From Mytilus californianus (lineage: Eukaryota): 64,000 nucleotides of DNA. This document shows positions 46,855-59,176 of this stretch, in pieces. Where the stretch lies: the NCBI RefSeq assembly GCF_021869535.1, contig NW_026262712.1, positions 53,568,001-53,632,000 on the forward strand. The letters run 5' to 3'. The translations under genes were made by a program, and so were the position numbers. Within the stretch, counting starts at the first letter, position 1. Each line of letters opens with the position of its first letter. The notes below the pieces were generated by a model that worked only from the letters and a program-made list of their open reading frames with translations, searched no databases and had not been told where the DNA came from.

Positions 46855-48326
46855 TACCATATATTCATATATATGGTCCAACCATCCGCGTATGGTCAGA
46901 TCGTACGCTTATGGTCGGAGTAATTAACACGTTTACTTTTAATACGTAACTCTTCATAAGGTATGAACCTTCTAGTTGTCACCTCATTAAAATGACGCTA
47001 GCAAAGATCTTTTTATTATATCATAATTATAAAAAGATTATTTAAATAAAAAAATTCACACAGTTAATTGTATTTACTAGTCAAAACTGTAATAAACACA
47101 TTTTATGCCTATGTTCATTACCGATTTGTAATTACGAGTGAATGACAATATGCCGACTTGAGAAGATAACTTCCAAAATTATCTTAACGAACCGTTACAC
47201 ATAAAGTAAACTATTTTACTATTTCTATTTTTACTGGATTTGACATTACGTTGACCACTTTATTTATTTAAATTTTGCCCCAGGAATACAAGTCTGCCCT
47301 TGAAGTCGCACATAACCTGAAGGAACACGTATTTTCTGTCATCGGCATTCCGTTATTTTTTCAACATGACAATGACCGTGAATTCTGCAATGATATTAAA
47401 AGAGAAACAATTAAGATTCGGCCAGTTGAAAATGTCAAGAATATAACAAGTAGGTCTAGACATCCTCGTACTCAATGTCTTTTTGAGCAAGGGACTAATT
47501 CATTAAAAAGATTACTTGCCGCAAAACGATCGGAAAAAACTTGGTTCTGGTTAAACAGGTGTACGACGTGCGATACTCTTTGAACACGCAACATCATTCA
47601 AGTATAAAGGTAACCCCGTATGAGGTGGTCTTTGGTCAAAAGGGAAATGATGAGGTCTTTGTATGAACTTACGCAACGGGCGAATTTATTAACTAAAAAT
47701 CAAATACAGAAAAGCTATGGTATCGTGTGGAAGTAAATGTCACCCTAAGCATGCATTCGAAAATATAATTAGCAAAGAAAACTAAATGATTTTTGATTTT
47801 TGATTTTTGGTGTTTTAACGCCCGATTTAAGGACCGCTTTTGGGCTATTTCGTAGCGGCCAGTTTTTATTGATGGAGGAAGCCGGAGTGCCCGGAGAAAA
47901 CCACCGACCTTCGATAGGAAAACTGACAATCCTAGTCAATTAAGATTGGAGTCGAGTGCACCCGCACGAGCGGGGTTCGAACTCACAACCTCAGTGTTGA
48001 CTGGCTAGTGATTACAGTAGTAACTACTTAGACCACTCGGCCACCGAGGCCCCAGAAAACTAACTGAGTCATTAATATGTTAATGTAGCCTTTAAATACA
48101 TTTTCATGTAACCATCATTGTTTTTTTTTAGATAAAATGTATGGTATAATATTGAAACGTTTTTAATGAATATTTGAAAAAATACCAATATAATCCATAT
48201 GCCCAGATGGTCCAGCCCGTTAATAACCAAATAAGTACATACTCAAGTGGTCTGACCATACGCATGTGGTCGGACCATACGCATGTGGTCGGACCATACG
48301 CGTATGGTCCAAATACTCATATGGTT
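46855..48326 (+). mobile_element. Second, heavily degraded integrase-type (Ginger2-like) element
   Basis: 47275-47660 encodes KSALEVAHNL...IGIP..FQHDNDREFCN...RSRHPRTQCLFEQG (decayed rve core). Both ends carry arrays of the palindrome ACCATACGCGTATGGT (46855-46920, 48250-48326). Confidence 0.6.
47790..48053 (-). mobile_element. tRNA-derived V-domain SINE with 14-bp TSD
   Basis: A box TGGCCGAGTGG, B box GTTCGAACC, V-domain-like TTCTCCGGGCACTCCGGCTTCCTCC, (CAAAAAT)n tail. TSD AGAAAACTAAATGA (47776-47789) vs AGAAAACTAACTGA (48054-48067). Confidence 0.88.
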
Positions 48327-48644
48327 AAGAACAATTATAAATCAAATAGTAAAGCAATAAATACATGACACAACAGTAGTGTAGAAACAGATTTTCAAGC
48401 AATGATTTATATCCAAGGGCCACAACTTTGGCACATATCGCTCATCCCGAACAAAACATCAAACTAATGATAGAAACAGTTCACAAAGTTCAAAAACACT
48501 ACCTAACGGACATACAAATGGGCAGAGAGACGGATAGAGTGCTCGTCTGCAGTTCCTTTTAGTTCGCTTCCTTCCTGAGCATCTTAGATAACCCACATAA
48601 ACTTCAAATGAAATTACTTCTGTTGTACCATCAAACATTATATA

Positions 48645-48780
48645 AATAACACATAGCTGAGTGGGTGATAGAGCAGATTGTTACCCCGAGAAAACATTGT
48701 CAACTGAGGTGATGTCAAGGTTGACAATGTTTTTCGAGGGGTAGCAATCTGCTCTATCATCCTCTCAGCTATGTGTTATT
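48645..48780. mobile_element. Hairpin MITE with TA TSD (Tc1/mariner-type)
   Basis: About 60-bp arms (AATAACACATAGCTGAG.../...CTCAGCTATGTGTTATT) flanked by TA on both sides. It interrupts the 3' flank shared with paralogue A. Confidence 0.8.
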
Positions 48781-49248
48781 TAATTTATCATACTTAAAGC
48801 TTTATCATTATTGTCTTTTATTGTTGAATTTTAGAATAAAAGTATTTTACCATAACGTCACGTACATAACAACTTTACAGATATTAGAAAAATCAACAGA
48901 AGTGAAGCAAGATACGTTTTTATTTTTTTACATTATGAAAAAGTTATGAGCCAAAACGTAAAACTTGAGCATTGTTATGAACTATTTGATGTAAATTCAA
49001 TTCATTGTCGTTTACATTATCGATTTTTGATTGGTCTTCACGAGCGGGTGACATTCAAAAAGATGTCTTCCACTCAGCCATGGGATAGTGTAAATTGTCT
49101 CCCTCGTATTAGCCAATCAAAATCTGGCATTTCAATGTGAAGAATAATAAAATGATTTACTTTTAACCAAAAACGTAATGTTGTAGTACAGATTATACAA
49201 TGTATTGACCCAAACAAAAATTCTGTTCAAAGCCCATTCGAAATGTTA

Positions 49249-50537
49249 CTAATCTGTCTTGAATACGGATATTGTTTTACCGCCACTATTTGCAATGTAA
49301 ACTTTAGATAGATCCTTACTGGAACAGAATGTAAGAGGTTCAGACAAATTGTCATTCAATAAAATGTCTTCTAAGATTCCAGCAGAAGTGAGTTTATGAA
49401 TGTTTCGTGATTCCCGTTCAAGAACTTATATGCTGCCGACAGCATCCATTTGAATATTTCTTACTTTACGAAGATCGGGAAAAGAATATGAAAAAAACAG
49501 AATCTCCATCTGACGTAATGCAGTAGACTTCATTATTGGATGAATAACAAATATTTCCATTAGAACAAACAGAAATGTATTTGACGTGGTACTCCATTGT
49601 TGTCACTTTTATAGTTCTTTCGAAATTTCCACATAAGTCTAGGACACATATCTATCCTTTATCTCCTACCAATATGTTATCTGTTGTTGCATGAATACCA
49701 AAAACTTCACTTTGTTTCACTTTTATTTTTTTTAATATTCTACGGCTATCTATATCAATGACTGTTATGTCCGAAAAATGTACATTCGTCAGCATAGCAG
49801 TTGCTGTTCCTGGTATTACTGATATATCCCATGGTTGATAAGGACATCTGATAGAAGATTGGAAGGTATTGTTTTCATCACAAAAATAAATCTTTTTTGT
49901 AGTCAAATCACAGAAAATCAATCTGTTATTTATGATATAGTGATGCCAGTTACGTCTTTTAAATCCTCTCCTTTCGTATCAATGTCATAGAGATGGGTAA
50001 AGGAGGTAATATGGCGCTTCAGAACAACTGGTACCTGTGATTGCCGCTGCTTGTAAGGGACGATTGAAACTGAACAAGGCGTTTCCTTCAATTCTATTAA
50101 ACCAAGATCCGTTTAATGGTCTTTTGGGACCCTTTCAACGAACTTCAAACTGGTGTCTACAAACGATTCTATCAGCTGTTTAATTTTGTTTTCACTGTCA
50201 TCTAAGATTGATTTAGATGAATGAATTGAAACAAGATAATTGAAAGAAATCTTGTTTCTCAGAACCATGATCTCTTATAAATTCTAACGCCTTCTTTTAA
50301 GCTTTTGTTGATGTTACCAATTCATCTATATCTTTCTCTTGACGTTTTATACCAGTGATGAATTTCTTTTTAAGTTCGGTTAGTTTTTTTAGAAGCAACT
50401 TTTCTAAAGATTCAAAACGTTTGATGACATTTTCTTTTGTTTCCGGCATCTGTTTTCGAATTTGCGTTTCTTCTTGTTCTATTCGGCTACAATTTTCCTT
50501 TCGATTTATGTTCAATTTGTCTAATGCTTTTAAAATA
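49249..50537 (-). pseudogene. TRIM-like paralogue C: coiled coil and NHL propeller only, frameshifted, B-boxes lost
   Basis: Colinear with paralogues A/B from LEALERL to the stop (KTD*, TAG 49251-49249). ORF pieces 50297-50515 and 49652-49921 match them. Homology breaks at ~50537 into repeats. Confidence 0.9.
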
Positions 50538-50639
50538 TTACATTTACTTCATTTGAACTTTTGGTGGATAGTTGTCTCATTGGCAATCATACCACAATAC
50601 CTTAATTATATTTATATTGATAATACCTTCATCCTTTAT

Positions 50640-50784
50640 TGTCATATTCATTATTGATATAATATCGTGTATGTAGGTAAAACATAGAGGTGTTGACAAT
50701 CTTATACTTCCATGATTAAAAAGGTATATGCATGAAAAAAGTCATTGAACAAGTTAACACCATAAATAATACAGAACTCTTTAA
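50640..50784 (+). mobile_element. CR1/L2-clade LINE ORF2 fragment, left part
   Basis: Joins in frame across the TTAA to 54693 onward (TELFN|DRGKDNGNKLRTY). Confidence 0.6.
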
Positions 50785-51946
50785 CCACGGGTAGTAACCT
50801 CGTCATATCGAGAAGCGTTTAGTACAGTGATTTTGTCATAGTTTGGTTAAGATGAACATGGTTGTGTTAAGTGTTTTTGATGACAAACAGTGTCAAAATA
50901 TAAACATTCGAATAGTTTGTTAATGGAACTAATGACAACAAATTCAAGCTGGTAAGCATCTTTGTTTATAGGTAATATGTTAGCACATCAAAATTTGTAT
51001 CATATAGTTATTAATTTGACACAGAATAATACTTGCGTATGTCAAAATTTAAAAGTTGTGATTTGTTTCTAATGCATAAAGAAAAGTGGTTTGCTAACTG
51101 TCTGCTACATCACATATTTTGTTATGATATAAAACTGCTGTCAATTATCCCGAAAAACTACCCCTAGTGCACACAATTTGAGATTACAGAATATTCGGTG
51201 TCATGGTTTGGTTTATTCGTGTCATGGTTTATTTCATGTTGAACATGGTTCAGTTATGTGATTCTATTCGTGAATAAAGGAAGAGTAACGATCAAAATAA
51301 ACAGACATTATATATTGAATTACTCTTTTTTAAATCGTTTTTATTGGAATACAAAAGGACATATATACGCACATTCAATGTAGTATTATATATATTAAGT
51401 ACATGCGGTCTGATTGCCAATGAGATAACTATCCACCCGAGACCGAAATGACGTAGATGTAAGCAACTATATGTCGTCGTACGGCCTTCAACAATGAACA
51501 AAATCCATACCTTTTAGCAAGCTATAAAAGGCTCCGACAAACTTATATGTAAAAAACAATTAAATGAGAAAACCAATGTATTATACAATATTACAAAAAC
51601 ATAATCATTTTTATTCGGTTCGTAAAAATAATTGATAAAAGTGGACATTTAATCGGCTTCATTCTGATTCGGAATTGTGATTTTTCATATATTTAAATTC
51701 TGAACTTGTGTGTATTTTTTTGTTATTTTAATTTTACTAATAGTTTATAAAACAAATAAGTTTTAACTGTTGTCCATGTCACGCGTTAACTCTTTGTTTC
51801 GTGGATGCTTGAAGACTTATCGTGTCCTCTTGATATCTTTTGGTTACTTAGTAGTTTTGTAGTTGGGATACTATAGCATGGGCGTATAACCCCACATCTC
51901 CATTAATTCATCATAGACTGGTTCAAAATAAAACAACAGATATATA

Positions 51947-52097
51947 GGCTGTGTTTGGATATACGCCAGAGGTGGCCTATGGTTATCCATAGGTACCTTT
52001 GGTTTGATATTCTATATATCAAAATATCAAACCATGGGTACCCAAAGATACCTATGGGTAACCATAGGCTGCCTTAGGCGTATATCCAAACACAGCC
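51947..52097. mobile_element. 151-bp palindromic MITE (PIF/Harbinger-like)
   Basis: Perfect 21-bp TIR GGCTGTGTTTGGATATACGCC, an almost fully self-complementary interior, and ATA on both flanks (3-bp TSD). Confidence 0.8.
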
Positions 52098-52499
52098 ATA
52101 GTTTGGTAGAAAAAAAAGTAGAACAAAAATTACTTTTTGACTAGCTGATACGTTTTGCAACTTTAAGTAGACGTTTTTACACATTTTACAAGTGATGCCG
52201 CTCACGATATCATCGACAGAGTCAATCATGGACATACGGAGAAAATAATCTATGTGAAACAGAAGCAGCGCTTTCTGTTTTTGTAATTATTATCTCAAAA
52301 GTTTAAAAGAGCAGTGGCTATCTAAATTATAAAAGCAAAATAACAAAAATACGGGACTTTGAGGAAAATTCTAAACGGAAAGTCACTAATCAAATGGCAA
52401 AATCAAATACTGAAACACATCAAACGAATGGATAACAACTGTCATATTCCTGACTTGGTACAGGAATTTTTGCTGTAGAAAATGGTGGATTAGACCTGG

Positions 52500-54260
52500 T
52501 TTTATAGCCAGCTTAACCTCTCACATGTATGACAGTCGCATAAAATTCCATTATATTGACGACGATGTGTGAACAAAACAAACAGACATAATAGGTAAAA
52601 ATGTCAAAACATAAGGGTACAGTAGTCAATATTGTGTTATAATCATAGTCACTATAAAAACAAAACAAATATTTCAACAAAGAAAAACAAAAAGGCAAAG
52701 CACATAAGCAAAAACGAAAGACAAGAATACAAAAATTTACCATAGCACAATAACACAATGACGGGATATATAAGTACCGAGCCACGTCAAATGGATTGGG
52801 CCAAAAATAGACTAAACAGTTAAAGTAATAATTTACAACAACAAATAAAAGAGTACCATAACACGTCATTAAGGTGACAAACAATGTCAGTACTTAGAAT
52901 CTATACTTAAAGACCATCTTTTATTATTTGTGAAGTTGAAAAGGAATATTTACCCACAAGGTCTTCCGATGAACTTTTTTGGAAAAGGGACGAGACGTTC
53001 TTTGACATACCCCTGGTTCATCAACTTTCTGCTCAGACACTGGTGACGGTTTACAAAGTCTGAGTAGCATCTGCAAGCTCTTGAATATCGAATGAGTTGG
53101 GAAATGTATATCCTATATCCAGGAGAATTGGTATATTGCTACTAAGGTTGGAGAAAGTGATAATTTTAAAATTAAAATCGTCTCGTTTGTCATAGATTCT
53201 GGTACAAAGATGACCGCTCATGTCAAATTCGAGGTATAAGTCTAAAAATGAGGCAGAGGAAGCCGTGTCTGTTGTTCCTTTAATATTTAGTTCTGGGGAT
53301 GTATTAATGGAATTCAATCAGAAAAGTCTGGATTGTTAATGGAAAGATCAATATATATGAATGTGAAATTAAATGACCTGGCTTCTTTGATCTTCTTGTT
53401 TTTTACAAATGTCTGAAGGAACTCCGACTAATATGGAGATAAGAAGAGGTCGCTGCCGCACAGTTCGCTCCCATAGAAATACCGACAATTTTGTGACAAA
53501 GTCTACCTCCAAATTCAACAAATATTTTGTCAATAAGAAACTCCAGCATACTGGTCACTTGTTCCTCTGTGTAGCATGTTTTATTTTTTTGTTCACTATT
53601 AACAAAATATGCCGTATGGTATCCAAAAGTAATAAATGTATAGCGTGCGCTACCATTTTTATGTTGAAAAGCATTGTAGATTTAAATTATTTCTTTTAGA
53701 CGATTTTTCAATTACACATAGGGAATGGTGGTACACAGGGTTGAAAAATTAAACGTTTTGATAGAACTAATTTCAGAGAAAGATCGAGATTTACATTTAT
53801 TCAGAAGTTCTTTAAGAGTTTTTTTAAAATCCATACATGGTTAATACCACTACGACAGTAAATTGTTTCACGGTATTTCTGAAAACCCTCTTTCATTGCG
53901 GAAAGAATCTTTGTCAATCTAATGAACAATTCTTTCGTCGAACATGCAGATGAGCTGGCAATGAACGACTGTTTGAATGGAATTTTGTGAAGCTATTTAG
54001 GTATCCAATACAAACAAGGTAAGTCATCCGAACTGCTGCTCAAAGTAATGATCATTGAAGCTATTAAGGACTTTGAATCACCAAAATCTCATCCTTGTCA
54101 AATGATGTTTTTGTATGTGGGATTACATGAGTGCTATTTTTTTCCTTATTCTTTTACAAGACACTCGTAGTAGTACGATTTGCATACAAAGACAAGTCAC
54201 GAACAGTTAAATTGTTTAATGTACGCTTTGCCAATTACAGCATCTAATTTTGGTTTAAAA
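52500..54260 (-). mobile_element. Degraded Penelope-like element (most of RT plus 3' region), nested in the piggyBac-type shell
   Basis: Minus-strand pieces YWIPK.LHKIP, FSTLCTTIP, MLEFLIDK.FVEFGGR...GISMGANCA and ELNIKGTTDTASSASFLDLYLEFD...IYDKRDDFNF. Confidence 0.85.
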
Positions 54261-54688
54261 GGCTTTTTTTCTACTTAGTCAGTTGGTAAATTGTGTAACT
54301 TCGTTTAATTACAAGCGTTTTTAAACAAACTATCAATATTGAGCTGAAACAGTTATATATTAATTTTGATCTAAACCATGACAAACTTGATCAAAACCAT
54401 GACGAATTTCTAGACACTTAACCGAACCATGTCATAACTTAACCAAACCATAGCAATTTCGATAGTTTGCTTATTTTGCGTTAGTTTCTAGAAAACAACA
54501 CTTCCAATGTAGATCGTTTGACTAACAATGCAAATTAAAACATCGTATTTGCTTTTTATTTGCTCGTATGAATAGAACTGAGGCAATCGTTCGGGGAAGT
54601 AACTTAACACAACCATGTTCATCTTAACCAAACTATGACAAAATCACTGTACTAAACACTTCTCGATATGACGAGGTTACTACCCGTG

Positions 54689-55572
54689 TTAACGATCGCG
54701 GAAAAGATAATGGAAATAAACTTAGAACATACAGGCAATACAAAAGTAACTGTTCCGTGGAACCGTATGTTTCCAAAATTATTTTACGGTCGTACCGACG
54801 TGTAATGGCCCTGTTTCGTGCAGGCTCACTCCCGTTAGCCATCGAGACTGGAAGATACACCAAGCCGCCAATACCTGTTGAAGATCGTTTATGTATTTAT
54901 TGTTCTGTCAATAGTGTTGAAACTGAGAAACATTTTTTATTGAACTGTTGTCTATAATGACTTAAGATTTGACCTTTACTCAGAATGTTCACAACATATT
55001 AATAGTTTCGAAAATTTGAATGATGATTTAAAATCTATACAAATCATGAATTGCTCCGAGATTCAGCCATTTTTATGTAAAAGTATTTATAAGTTTTTTA
55101 TGCGACTTAAATTGTTTACATAAATTTTTAACCGTTTTTATGCGACTTTAATATTGTTTACTTTTAAAAAAATATTTAACCTTGAATAATCATTTTAATT
55201 AATTCTGTTTATTTTCATTATGCATATTAGTTTTTTTTTCTAGATATCTTTACGTAAATATTTTCACATATGTATGAAGTTTTAGATAAATGTAAAGTAA
55301 ATATTTTTAACGAAAATGTTTTATATATTTTTCTTTCGAATTATTCATCATGTTGAAAATACTCTTAAATCATAGTTATTAGTTTTAAATATATATAGTA
55401 TTTCAAAGTATTGTTGGATTTTTATATTTGTATATATTTTGTGCAACGTGTCTTATAAGCCAAATTGATATGGCTGGGTATTGATTGTTCTATGTATGTT
55501 TTAATGTTATTGTATAATATGTATGTCAATCAATATGTGACACAATAATAAAATAGATTATTATTATTATTT
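54689..55572 (+). mobile_element. CR1/L2-clade LINE 3' end (ORF2 C-terminus, 3' UTR, TAT tail)
   Basis: KLRTYRQYK...ALFRAGSLPLAIETGRY...RLCIYC...ETEKHFLLNC is a typical CR1/L2 C-terminal Cys/His motif. AATAAA and a (TAT)n tail lie at ~55548-55572. Confidence 0.85.
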
Positions 55573-56259
55573 TATTCTATGCATTTAGCGGCTGATAAGC
55601 AATGCCACTAATGTCGACAAGAGAGGACTATGCTTTTTTAATTAATCTGAATTGTGACTGCCTCATTGGTCATTTTTAAGACTTTGATTGATGTTCAATT
55701 TGAAGAATTCTAAATTAACTAGTAGAAATAATATACCTTGAACAAAATGGCTACAAGGAAGATTAACACCTGTGTAATCAAGGTGTGATCGATATATGTA
55801 CAAGTATGATGTAGTATTTAAATGTACACAAGTATTAGATTTTTACAATATCTCTTACAAAGAATGAAGAACTTAATTAAGTAAACATAACTTCACATCT
55901 AAGACGGCAAGAGTCCAATTTCTTTCCTTTGAATACAGACACTGTAAGCATGGAATCCCTCCATTCGGATTAAAACTCAAATCTATCAAAACTCGCCCGC
56001 TCGTCATATGATCATAGCGAAATCAGAGATCTATGTTTTAATTAGATTGGGAATTACTGTCCCTTATTGCTAACTGCTTTTCTGGTCCCTGATTTGTTTT
56101 TTGTGATCTGATCAAACGGCTTAAAAATAGACCACTGCTAGTTACATCTCACGCATTTTTCCAATAAGTTTAATGAATACAATTGCATTGACAATCTTTG
56201 TTATTATAAACAGCTGTTATTCCGTTTGAATTAAATTTGACAGAGCGATCAGCTACCTC

Positions 56260-57780
56260 AAGCAAACCCTAGGGGAATGTGATATCTTGTTTAATTCTAA
56301 GAGTATCAATCATTGCTTTTCAACATCATCATTGTCACCGAATTATTCAAGTATCAAAAATGCATATGTAATACTAAGAACTTATCTCACATACATATAC
56401 AAGGTATTCCAAACTTTCAAAAAAAGGTAAGGTGTCAATTAATATGATTTTGCATCAAAACACATCATAACTATAACAAGCTTATCAGTTTGCTCTTTTA
56501 TACATATTTGATTATCATAAAGGTATATCATTTTCATTTTTGTTTAATTTTGGTCGATTTGTTACAAGCAACAAAGAGAATCGGACAACAATCCTAGCAG
56601 CAAAACTCACAAACTTTTACCAATAATGGATCTGAGTTACGCCGCTTTGTTTGACAAATAAATGAAAAGTATTTAGAGAATCTAGACGAAATTTGAATTT
56701 ATATACTTAATAAAGATGAATTTTGTACAACGATTTTGTGGTTCTGGTCCTGCCTTGAATTAAATATACATGGTTTATAATATATAAGATGAAGAAATAT
56801 ATGTAGGTGTATAACTATATGAACATTAGTATTTCTTTTTACTGTATTTTTTTTTATTTTAAGTTTTAAAAAATCATAATGTATTGTTTTGTGTGTTTTA
56901 ATGTCGTGCTGCCCATCGAGGGCCCTTTATTTGCACAATAAATATTCTTATCTTTAATATCGCTTTAAACAACTAAAACTGGGGCAAAATGGGAAATCAC
57001 ACAATTTTACAATTCTCGGTGCTTCAATCTGCCTGAACATATCTTAACTAATGAGACCGGCTGCGAGAATATGATACAATATTTATCCTGAAAAATGCAT
57101 CTGTTGCGAGTACAGGAGTAGCAATTTTAATTTGCTGCAAAGGAAAAATACTTACACCAAATTCACCTGCATCGGCAAAAACATTCTATTGTATTACCCA
57201 CGTATACCGAATGTGTAATGTTTTCTTTCGTTTTAGTTATTTCTGTCATGATAAATGCTTACCAATTTAAAAATTGGATGAACAAAAAAATAAAGAATAG
57301 AGAACAACTGGGTGTTAAAATATACAGAATAGAGATTAATGGGGGTCAATAACAGGCAAAAAGTTATACATAATAGAGAAAATGACCGTAACAATTTGAA
57401 AATACAAAATGAAGCACTATCCCCCTTTCCAGACCCTCAAACATGATGCATCCCAAACTTATGTCGCAGGTTTGGACGTCTCTTTTATAGCAAGCATTCT
57501 TTCTGTAATGGTTACTTTTCATGTATTCTTTTACACATATATGGGTCAATCATTAATTTCTGATGATATATCTGTATACCAAATATCAAATCAATTGTTT
57601 CGTGCGCTTTAAAGAAGAAAGTGTGGAACACTGGGTTTTTTTTTATTGTTATTTTGTTTTCCTATTCCAAGGGCCATATGTTCAGCAAAGTCCGTCTACC
57701 GGAACGAAACCCGTACACCATCCGTGACTTCTCATGACATAACTATAAACCAAATAGCTCTTATTTTCAAGCAATGTTCT
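56260..57780 (+). repeat. Segmental duplicate, copy 2 (uninterrupted allele of 44120-46190)
   Basis: Same anchors as copy 1; continuous across the point where copy 1 holds the Penelope-like insertion. Confidence 0.8.
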
Positions 57781-58951
57781 GTTTCCAAGGACCACAACTT
57801 TATTCGACACAAATCGCTCAACCCTCAAACTTAATCTTTAACTTTCTACGATATGACTTTATTTTCCATATATTAAACCAATGGATAGAAGCATTACATG
57901 AAAAAGTGCGACAAACTTACCGGACAAACAGAGTGCAAAACTTTATATAGTCCCCTTCGTCTCCGGCGGTAGGAAACTCATACATGAATGAGACAGCAAC
58001 CTAACAACACGAATAACCGAATGACAATCGCATCCTTAATGAGGTTGCAACTTGAAAAAAATGAAACCGTCTAGAATAATTTTGTCTGGTACATTTAAGT
58101 AAGAGTGAGTGCTTGTGTTTTGTGCTGTTACACCACTGTTGATGTTTAAGAAAAGGGTATGGCGCCATCTAACTAGTTAAACACGCATTCTGTATGTGCC
58201 TGTCCTAAGCAAGGAGCAGGTAATTCAGTGGTTGTCGTTTGTTGTTGTGTTACATACTTGTTTTTCGTTCATTATTTTGTACATAAATTTGGCCGTTAGT
58301 TTTCTCGTTTTTATTGTTTTACATTTGTCATTTCTTGACCTTTTATAGCTGGCTATGCGGTATGGGTTTTACTCATTGTTGAAGGCCGTACGGTGACCTA
58401 CAGTTGTTAAAGTCTGTGTCATTTGGTCTTTTTTGTCAATCATACCTCATATTTCTTATTTTTATACGTAATTATATATCCACTAGAATAATAGTCGAAC
58501 ATAAGCAATGTCTAACAAAATTACAACTATAAGTTGACCTTAGATGGTTAATTATTGGTCTCTTTATGTCCGTTAATTTTTTGTGCTCTTCAATATTTGA
58601 TTTATTTGATTTCCCAAATTTTCTGACTATAGTTTACCCGAATGATTGAGGAGACACGAGTTATGCACTTTCTCTAGGGTTTTTAAACAGGTATTGATGT
58701 AAGTTTTCGATGAAAAGGAAGCAAAAATTCTATAGTAACATAAATCACCGTAAACAAAGATATGGTGTCTCTTTTGACCAAAACTATACCCTTTTTATTA
58801 GCGAACATAAGCACACAGTAACCTAGAGTAGTTAACTTCTGTCATTTGGTCTCTGGTGGAGAGTTTTCGCATTGGCACATCTTATTTTTATACCCAGAAC
58901 AACGAAACTTATGAAAAAATACATAACTTTCTTGTTGAAATGCATTGAATA

Positions 58952-59160
58952 CTGTGGATTCATTATTTTTCGTCGGATACCAATTTTTGTGGATTTCATG
59001 GGTACAGGTGAACCACGAATTCAAATGTTCAACGTATAACGTATTTTCAATAGGCTTTGTACACAGAGATTGGTAAAACCACGAAATTAAATATCCACGA
59101 ATATGCAAGTTTTCAGCAATCCACGAAAATTGATACCCACGAAAATAAATGAATCCACGG
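58952..59160. mobile_element. 209-bp MITE with TA TSD
   Basis: TA|CTGTGGATTCATTATTTTTCGT...ACGAAAATAAATGAATCCACGG|TA, with repeated CCACGAA motifs inside. Confidence 0.8.
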
Positions 59161-59176
59161 TAGTACTTGCATGATA

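Larger units (their letters stand above)
50785..54688. mobile_element. piggyBac-type non-autonomous element (3904 bp) with TTAA TSD
   Basis: TTAA at 50781-50784 and 54689-54692. ~88-bp near-identical TIRs start CACGGGTAGTAACCTCGTCATATCGAG. Inner AACCATG repeats lie at 51200-51260 and 54370-54460. No transposase; filled with nested repeats. Confidence 0.85.
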
